DNA of 64,000 nucleotides from a plasmid: sequence record NZ_CP142098.1; one strand, 5' to 3'. Shown piece by piece: positions 57,708 to 64,000 of this stretch (position 1 is its first letter; each line of letters starts with the position of its first letter). The notes under the pieces were generated by a model. It saw only the letters and a program-made list of their open reading frames with translations, ran no database searches and was not told where the DNA came from. The position numbers and the translations under genes were made by a program.

Positions 57708-58977
57708 TGGTGTATTCCAGACGGTTGTTTTTTAGCGTGGTCGTAATGCTGGACGCCCTTATTCCACTGCTGTTGAAGCGCGTTGGTGCAAACAACCGAT
57801 CGGGCGGAATATCAGTAATGAACGTGAAGCTGTAGGTACGCCACGGCAGATTTTGTACGTCGCCCTGTGTTAACTGCGTGCTTACGTCCATTTCGCTTAG
57901 GCGCAAGCGCGCATTGATACGCTGGGCATAACTGGTTAAGTGCTGAATTTGTTGGCTACCCGGGAGAAGATCTTCGGGATGTTCAGGAGGAGAAAGTGGC
58001 ACCGGTAATGCAAAAGAGGCGTCGTCTGCGCTACCGGGAATATTAAAAACGGGTTGAATATCTGAACCATAGAGCACGGGTAACCGCAAGGCAAAATCCC
58101 CTACGGTTCCACCGTTCGGCAAGGTGTAGTGCAGTATGATTTTTCCCTGCGCATCACACGTTGCTGTATTGAAAACCCAGCCTGCAATAGAGATCTGTGC
58201 GTCTTTCCATACGCGACTGCAGGCACTGAGCATCGGTGGAAACCGCGGTTGTGTAGCCCAGGGTTTCAGGTTGTCGGCCGGGGCCTGTTGTGCCATCTGT
58301 TGCCTGGCCATCAGCGCGGCCTGAGCTGCTGCTATGCGCGCCTCTTCCTGGTGTTTCTCCCAGGCTGAATAACCCACATATCCGGCGCCCAGGGCCACTA
58401 CTGCTATGCCCCAAAGCCACAGCACCTTCGGGTCATGAGTCTGACTCAGCCGGGCCCGGCGCAAACCGACCTTGCTATCGACCAAGTCGGAGAGCGATTT
58501 ATCTTCCGTGTCTTCCCCAGGAAAGAAGCCGCCAGGAGCATATATCATCCACCCCGCAGCAGGCGCCGAGGTGATCGCCAAAAAATTGGACACCGCAGTG
58601 CGTATAGCCGTTTCATCCCCCACGATGTCACCGAACGGGGAAAGCATGCCGTCACTGACAGCGACGAACCAGTATTGCCCGTTGGATAACGGGAAAACGC
58701 CATAACACGCCTCTGGCAATGCCGGCAGAACCGCCAATGCCATCGATGCCATCCCGCCTCTTTTTAGTGCAGCCTGGTCGGCGAGGTTAACAGTGCCCAG
58801 CAAGGTGCCTTGTGCCTGGCCGTCACCAGTTGGCAATGCTGCCCAATGCGTAGCCTTGGCCTCCTTAGCACGCAAACGCATGCTGCGGCGTCCGCGCAGC
58901 GGCAAATACTGCCAGTGCAACCCGGCCACAAGCCAGGCGCTCCCATTCTGCAGCGTATAGGTCGTCTGTTGTTTCAT
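57679..58977 (-). CDS. pilO: PilO (432 aa)
   Basis: Position and size; single mid-protein TM (LWLWGIAVVALGAGYVGY). Confidence 0.6.
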   Translation of the reverse strand: MKQQTTYTLQNGSAWLVAGLHWQYLPLRGRRSMRLRAKEAKATHWAALPTGDGQAQGTLLGTVNLADQAALKRGGMASMALAVLPALPEACYGVFPLSNGQYWFVAVSDGMLSPFGDIVGDETAIRTAVSNFLAITSAPAAGWMIYAPGGFFPGEDTEDKSLSDLVDSKVGLRRARLSQTHDPKVLWLWGIAVVALGAGYVGYSAWEKHQEEARIAAAQAALMARQQMAQQAPADNLKPWATQPRFPPMLSACSRVWKDAQISIAGWVFNTATCDAQGKIILHYTLPNGGTVGDFALRLPVLYGSDIQPVFNIPGSADDASFALPVPLSPPEHPEDLLPGSQQIQHLTSYAQRINARLRLSEMDVSTQLTQGDVQNLPWRTYSFTFITDIPPDRLFAPTRFNSSGIRASSITTTLKNNRLEYTIEGLLYANR

Positions 58978-58980
58978 GGC

Positions 58981-60612
58981 TTATCCCAAAATGACAGGGG
59001 TGATAAGAATGACCAGCATGGTTTTGTTATTTTCACCGTTGGCGCCGCCGCCAAGTCCAAAGAAACGGAAACTGCCGACGCCCTGGCGATTTGCGGTGTT
59101 GTTGAGAGATTGGTAACCACTGAGCACCAATGTTTGGCCGGATTGCATAATGACGCGCTGGGTAAAGGTTTTGAGGCGTGTTTTCATCAACTCTACCGAC
59201 GTTTTTTCGCTGGTGAACGTGCGCATGGTCGGGTCATCTGACATATTGATCGCAAACTGCAGCTGCATTTTTGGCGACTGGGGCATCAGGAACGGCAGCA
59301 CGGTCATGTTGAAACCGGTGGTGATCGTGGATTTGGTGATACTGCTCGATGAACCGACGTTGGCCGTGTTCTCCGTAGTGACGTTGGACGCATAGTCCTG
59401 CTGCAGTGCAACCTGGATCGGCACAGCTGACAGGTTAGTGGTCATGCTCGAGGCCTCTGTCATCACGCTGACGTTCGCCTGTTCCGACAGGGCTTTGATA
59501 AAGGCTTTTGTGCCCGCCCCTTTGCCATCAAGAATTGACACCCCGCCATTCAACGCATCGGAAGCCGCACCGGTAAATCCATTGGTCAGAGACAAGCCGA
59601 CACTGCCACTGTTGAATACGGCGTTCCAATTAATGCCGTATTGATCCTGAGTGCGTTTTTCGACGCTGTAGACTTGCACGTTGAGCACGACCTGTCGGTT
59701 GAGCTCTTTATTGCGGTCTTCCAGATAACGGCCTATCTGCTCAAGAACGCGCGGTGTATCCGTCACCGTCAGGACGCCGGCGGACAAATTCATGCGGCCG
59801 ATGCCGGGCGTTAACATCGACTTAATGGTATTGGTGACGTCCTCGTAAAGGCTGGATTTGATTTCCATTTCAGTGGCCTGAGAGGTATTAGAGTCACCAC
59901 TGAGCCCACCGCCGCTGCTGTCGCCCGTCGCCCCCATCGATGAAGTGGTGCCGCTCACGGTTTTGGAGCCAAAACTCGCCTTGCTGTCCATGAACATGAC
60001 CGGGAACGTCCGGGTATCGAGATAGAAAATGGCGATCCGGCCCTGCTCATAACGCCATGACAACCCCAGGCGTGTGGTGACATTATCAAGCAATCCTCCT
60101 AACTCCCCCTGCCAGAACACGCCCCTGAGCGCAGTGCCACCACTGACGACCGGCGCCGCGCGGGCAGATGAACCGCCCAACGTGGCTAATGGCACCAGCC
60201 CATTTGGGTCAGGCGCCGGGATGGGGCCACTTATCTGCTCAGTTTTGCCACCAGTCGGCGCCAATATAGCCTGCGCATCAGGCGTCACCACCACCGGCAA
60301 GCGACAACGCTTACTGATGAAAGCACTGACTTCCGCCAGCGTGATGCTCCCTGGGCGATTGATGGCCACAGCGCAAGGAGGAAGCAAACTATTGCTACCA
60401 GGCTGAGCATTTAACGGGTAAGGGTTGATCCACTGAGAGGTTAAATCCCGCACCACAGAGCCTTGTTTAAGGGCATGCAGATGCTTATCTGCCTGAGTTT
60501 CGTCCCGTGATACTCGATTATCGATCTTATCGATGCGCTCAAGCGGCGCACAGCCGGAAAGCAGCAAACACAACGTCGCCGCCACCCCGGTCAAGGGGAG
60601 GTGTTTTTTCAT
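58981..60612 (-). CDS. pilN: PilN secretin-like outer-membrane lipoprotein (543 aa)
   Basis: Lipobox LLSGCAPL; secretin-like C-terminal beta-rich domain. Confidence 0.7.
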   Translation of the reverse strand: MKKHLPLTGVAATLCLLLSGCAPLERIDKIDNRVSRDETQADKHLHALKQGSVVRDLTSQWINPYPLNAQPGSNSLLPPCAVAINRPGSITLAEVSAFISKRCRLPVVVTPDAQAILAPTGGKTEQISGPIPAPDPNGLVPLATLGGSSARAAPVVSGGTALRGVFWQGELGGLLDNVTTRLGLSWRYEQGRIAIFYLDTRTFPVMFMDSKASFGSKTVSGTTSSMGATGDSSGGGLSGDSNTSQATEMEIKSSLYEDVTNTIKSMLTPGIGRMNLSAGVLTVTDTPRVLEQIGRYLEDRNKELNRQVVLNVQVYSVEKRTQDQYGINWNAVFNSGSVGLSLTNGFTGAASDALNGGVSILDGKGAGTKAFIKALSEQANVSVMTEASSMTTNLSAVPIQVALQQDYASNVTTENTANVGSSSSITKSTITTGFNMTVLPFLMPQSPKMQLQFAINMSDDPTMRTFTSEKTSVELMKTRLKTFTQRVIMQSGQTLVLSGYQSLNNTANRQGVGSFRFFGLGGGANGENNKTMLVILITPVILG

Positions 60613-60633
60613 TGTTAACCTTATGAGGAGAGA

Positions 60634-61056
60634 TTAGTTGAGGTACACCAGGCTGCCGTCAATAATGCTCGCCGGCACATTGACCTGCATGTCATTACCA
60701 AAGCTGTCGATAAGTCGTCTTTCGACGACTTTTCCAACCAGCGCGGAATGTCGGCTCTGCGCCAACAATGCGGCCATCAACCCAGGTTTATCTGGCTGAT
60801 AGACATACACACGGTCAGCCTGCAGAACATTGCGCACCCCAGCAACGGATGACCAGCCAAAGGCGCTATCGGGGATCACGCCGTCTTTTTGTTCAGGATG
60901 GATATAGCGCCAGTCGTTTATCGCATTAAGATATTGCACCGTGTTGCGCGCCTGCAGGGAAAGTGTCTGATCCTCTAGGGATACCGGGGGTTCTTGCTGT
61001 GGCGGATCCAGCCAGACAATCATTCCTATGAATATGGCAAAGAGCCAATAAATCAT
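60634..61056 (-). CDS. pilM: PilM (140 aa)
   Basis: N-terminal TM; position and size; stop overlaps the pilL region boundary. Confidence 0.55.
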   Translation of the reverse strand: MIYWLFAIFIGMIVWLDPPQQEPPVSLEDQTLSLQARNTVQYLNAINDWRYIHPEQKDGVIPDSAFGWSSVAGVRNVLQADRVYVYQPDKPGLMAALLAQSRHSALVGKVVERRLIDSFGNDMQVNVPASIIDGSLVYLN

Positions 61057-62036
61057 CAGTGCACCTCTTTATCATCAACGGAGATAACACACTGAAGAGG
61101 ACGGATGCCTGCATACAGTGGCACTTGAGCCGTTCCATAAAGAGTAAACAGACTGTTTAGCGCATCGCGGAAGGAACCTTCGAATTGCAATGGCGCATCA
61201 ATCCGATAGTTAACTGGCGTCGACCAGGCAACCGTCCAGTGTGAGATCCCCGGTTGGTTACATGCTTCGCTGGCTGCCCAGTTGAACAGGGTATCTTTGA
61301 GCGTGTTGCCAGCATCTATTCGCCAATGTTGCTTTTGAGGGACGACAATCACTTTCTTGGATGTATTGGCTGTTGGTGCTGGTGTCACCGCTTGCTTTGA
61401 ATCTGCCGATTTACCGCCACTGAAGGGGTTGCGGCCGCGAGTTACTGATTGAGGTGATGCGCTTGGGGTTACTGCCTTTGACTTGATCGTAGTTGCAACT
61501 TTAAATGCTTCTGTTTTGTTCGCAATGGATACTCGGTGCAGAGAAGTATCAATCAGTGCCACTTTTCCTTGTCTTTCCAACAGCTGATTCAATGCATCAA
61601 CCCAGGTGACGCCGCCACGCCATTCCTGAGGTGTTTGCTCATCAGGGTGAAGGTCCTGGGAAAAGCTCAGCGTCCAACCAGTCGGCACAATTTTACGTAA
61701 TGCATCGCGCAATGACGACGCACTTCCGGCCCCCGCCAGGGTCGAAGGTGGTGGTGCATTGCCTACGAAACGTAGTGCTGTCATCGACGCGCTCAACTTC
61801 TGACCCGCCAGTGCAGAAGGGCTCGTTGATATGATTTGTTTACCAGGTGCTTTTGTTTGTTTTACGCGAGTCACCGCAGCCAGCTCATTTTGGGCCTGTT
61901 GTAGAGGCGACACTTGCGCTTCGATTAGCGTTGTTACTAACTGCTGGGCAGTGATCGCAGACCTTTCTGAATGGTTGTTAATAGAGCATCCGCCCAATAC
62001 AGCGGGTGCTAAAACGACGGGTAGCCATTTTTTCAC
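61056..62036 (-). CDS. pilL: PilL lipoprotein (326 aa)
   Basis: Lipobox LGGCSIN; first gene of the pil cluster. Confidence 0.65.
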   Translation of the reverse strand: MKKWLPVVLAPAVLGGCSINNHSERSAITAQQLVTTLIEAQVSPLQQAQNELAAVTRVKQTKAPGKQIISTSPSALAGQKLSASMTALRFVGNAPPPSTLAGAGSASSLRDALRKIVPTGWTLSFSQDLHPDEQTPQEWRGGVTWVDALNQLLERQGKVALIDTSLHRVSIANKTEAFKVATTIKSKAVTPSASPQSVTRGRNPFSGGKSADSKQAVTPAPTANTSKKVIVVPQKQHWRIDAGNTLKDTLFNWAASEACNQPGISHWTVAWSTPVNYRIDAPLQFEGSFRDALNSLFTLYGTAQVPLYAGIRPLQCVISVDDKEVH

Positions 62037-62048
62037 GTTTATACCTCG

Positions 62049-62330
62049 CTATGAATCGCTTCCACGCTTGTTAACCGGTTGTGGACGGCGCCCCCGACGA
62101 GGTTGCTTAACCTTGTCGAGTACGCACTGAGCCAGCCGTTGACTATCGATTTGATGGGCTAACTCAAGAATGGCGTGAAGAACGTCTCTGCAGGCTACCG
62201 GGCGTTCAAGGATCGCGGTGAGGTTTACAGCCTGCTCGTTCAACATGTTGTTATGTTTTGGCGCGATGGAATAGGTCTGGCGCGTAGCCATGGCGCGTTG
62301 TGTCATCAGAGACCTCAGCTTGAGATGCAA
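62049..62330 (-). CDS. hypothetical protein (93 aa) between the RfaH-like gene and pilL
   Basis: ORF; basic C-terminus. Confidence 0.4.
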   Translation of the reverse strand: MHLKLRSLMTQRAMATRQTYSIAPKHNNMLNEQAVNLTAILERPVACRDVLHAILELAHQIDSQRLAQCVLDKVKQPRRGRRPQPVNKRGSDS

Positions 62331-62337
62331 TCAGCAT

Positions 62338-62368
62338 AAAAAAAGCCCCTTCAGATACCTGAAGGGGC
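62338..62368 (-). terminator. rho-independent terminator/attenuator (GCCCCTTCAG-GTAT-CTGAAGGGGC + T7 on the minus strand)
   Basis: Perfect 10-bp stem with a T-run, 33 nt after the RfaH-like stop and 8 nt before the next ORF on the same strand. Confidence 0.75.
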
Positions 62369-62400
62369 AAGGAGCTATCTATGGAGTTGTAACAGAGGGA

Positions 62401-62880
62401 CTATTTTAGAGCGTCTATAAATGCATGGAGCATTGCGCTACGCGTCTCACCATCATGCTCATTCGCGAGCGCTTGAATTTGTTGGCGCTGACGATGCGAT
62501 AGATGCGCACGTGCAACGTGTTTCTTCCTTTGCCTGCGTTCTGATGAAAAAGCTTGGACGCAGACTGGGAGCTCCATTACTTCTTCAATCGCAGCTTCTC
62601 GAATCGGAGTGATGGTTCCGGCAAACCGTACAAGGTGGCTGATACCGGGGCAAGACTCGACTTTAGACGAGTGGAAAATTTCTGGGTCAAAGCAGACAAA
62701 CATATAGCCAGGAAAAAGAGGCTCGATCACCTTTTTCTGCTGGCCAGGGCGGTCAGCTCGAGGGCGAAAAGAAAACATCAACGGGCTGAAAGCCATAATG
62801 TTGCGGCGTTCAAGCATCATCTGTGCTTTGAATATATTGTCTTTGCCTGGTTTTAGCGCGGCGAGATACCAGCCTTCCAT
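62401..62880 (-). CDS. RfaH/NusG-paralog transcription antiterminator (159 aa)
   Basis: Collinear with E. coli RfaH: MEGWYLAALKPGKDNIFKAQMMLERRNIMAFSPL...EPLFPGYMFVCFDPEIFHSSKVESCPGISHLVRFAG versus MQSWYLLYCKRGQLQRAQEHLERQAVNCLAPM...EPLFPNYLFVEFDPEVIHTTTINATRGVSHFVRFGA. Confidence 0.8.
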   Translation of the reverse strand: MEGWYLAALKPGKDNIFKAQMMLERRNIMAFSPLMFSFRPRADRPGQQKKVIEPLFPGYMFVCFDPEIFHSSKVESCPGISHLVRFAGTITPIREAAIEEVMELPVCVQAFSSERRQRKKHVARAHLSHRQRQQIQALANEHDGETRSAMLHAFIDALK

Positions 62881-62921
62881 GAAAGTCTCCCGTAGTACAC
62901 GGTTAAGCTACAGATGATGAA

Positions 62922-63134
62922 TTGAATGTTAGGTGTTTGGCAGGCTCCGCCAAAATCGATCCCAAGCGGGTTCAATTGGCAGTCGCTTATTTAGAGGGAT
63001 TGAGCTTTTGCTGTATTCCCTTATGGCTCTTTAGCCTGGACTGCACCCGACACCAATGGCAGGGAGGTGCCGATAAGATGCTATCAGATGCAGTCCAGGC
63101 TGAAGAAAACTTGTACGAGGAACCGAAAAGCTAG
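62922..63134 (+). CDS. possible small protein (70 aa)
   Basis: ORF only; divergent from the RfaH-like gene. Confidence 0.25.
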   Translation: MNVRCLAGSAKIDPKRVQLAVAYLEGLSFCCIPLWLFSLDCTRHQWQGGADKMLSDAVQAEENLYEEPKS

Positions 63135-63139
63135 TTGGC

Positions 63140-63620
63140 GGACTGGCTGTTCTACATGAACCGTACTAAAGTATGCGAAGAAGTGTATTGGCAAATTTTA
63201 ATTGTGTAAATACTTTTATATGCGATCTGAAATGCTGTAAAAGCGTGTGCAAACAGAGCAAAAACTCTGTTTAACTCAACTTTTTGAACCATTGATCTGG
63301 AAATGATCCTTTTTTCAGATCATTAGATCGATATGGCATTTAAAACAGAATAATTAACTATCCTAACTATTTTAACGAGTGGTGGTTTTTTGCTCTGATT
63401 TTGGGTGGTTTTCATCTTATGCCGCCTGTATTTGGGTGTAATCCTATTGACTATGCTTTTTGCTTCATTTTTTTGGTGGTTGTTTGCACAACTTTGGGCA
63501 AGGGATCTGTCTGCCAGGTATACTTAGCCATCAAAATTTGAGCTGTGGGCCCAAAAAATGATCTTCAGAGATCCTTTTGTTGCACCAGAGAAAAAATAGA
63601 GTAGTATTTGCGGATGTTTA
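63140..63620. other. AT-rich non-coding region with at least 7 GATC sites and GGTGGTT-type repeats (candidate replication/regulatory region)
   Basis: No ORFs of 60 aa or more; GATC clustered at about 63290-63340 and 63500-63570; repeated GTGGTGGTTTTTTGC / TTGGGTGGTTTTCAT / TTTTGGTGGTTGTTTGC; TAATCCTAT motif at about 63443. Confidence 0.35.
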
Positions 63621-64000
63621 TGCTGTTTTCAGGGGCATAATTGCCTGAACAGACAAGCTTATATATCCAATGTGTAGCTGAGGCTTCAGGTTGGGAAGGA
63701 TCGAGCATATCCGAAATGCTCAGGGAAGAGGGTTTATCGAAACCCTGAATGCAAAAACCCCCCGAAATCTGTCATCAACTTGGCGGAAGAGTCAGATATC
63801 AGGGGGTCAAAAGCAGGCGCTGGCCTGTGAGAGATTATAACTCATGCAATTTAGAAAACAACACCTGTCCGCCATAAGTTCGGGACAGGGTGGCTGAACA
63901 GTCGAACAACCAATTTACTCATTATCGGCAGGTCAAGAACCCGAATCCGGAATTTACACCGCGTGAAGGGAAGAATACGCTGCCGTTCTGTCGCAAGCTG

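Noticed and set aside
1-64000. Searched by eye for tRNA/tmRNA genes, rRNA and CRISPR arrays that could mark an integration site.
   Set aside because: No cloverleaf-compatible GC-rich 75-90 nt segment with flanking att-like direct repeats was recognised, and no spaced direct repeats. Absence supports a plasmid or internal-island context but is not proof.

Overview
This 64-kb window is a mosaic conjugative element from an enterobacterium. All calls below rest on motif and synteny reading of the sequence; no database search was possible, and R64 gene sizes and order are quoted from memory.

Three modules are visible.

1. Integration and maintenance (1 to 8.6 kb). An intact small tyrosine recombinase sits beside a degraded paralog that is split by a low-GC two-gene insert. 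A type Ib ParA/RHH partition module carries 8-bp TGTAATCC iterons. A second, type II ParM/ParR module is highly similar to R1 StbA and has parC-like iterons.

2. Leading-region-like accessory block (about 4.6 to 23.9 kb). Almost all genes are on the + strand. Each gene or operon is preceded by a member of a family of at least 8 GC-rich structured repeats. The cargo is a KlcA/ArdB antirestriction protein, a large ParB-like protein, a DUF932 protein, an HsdM-like methyltransferase fragment lacking the catalytic motif, and a Phd/YefM-RelE toxin-antitoxin pair. An IS66-family element (13-bp inverted repeats, 8-bp TCTTGGGG target duplication) carries a pectate-lyase-like passenger gene and interrupts a tandem-HTH regulator.

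3. Transfer module (23.9 to 62.9 kb). A candidate oriT has a 9-bp inverted repeat followed by an ATCCTG|T nick-type motif on the minus strand, next to a NikA/MobC-like accessory gene and a MOBP-type relaxase. A roughly 35-kb minus-strand operon then encodes an IncI/Dot-Icm-like (I-type) mating apparatus. It includes a VirD4-type coupling protein, a DsbC-like protein, a DotA/TraY-like polytopic protein, a roughly 1000-aa DotO/VirB4-class ATPase, a DotB/VirB11-like ATPase, an EGYATA-motif TraC/Sog-type primase, and a complete R64/SPI-7-type thin-pilus pilL to pilV cluster. An RfaH/NusG-paralog antiterminator gene sits at the head of this operon.

The most unusual feature is the repeat family. 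It is oriented so that the strand predicted to enter the recipient first is the template for every downstream gene, and a long-range stem shows compensatory changes between copies. It is proposed as a set of single-strand (Frpo/ssi-like) promoters driving an early anti-defence programme.
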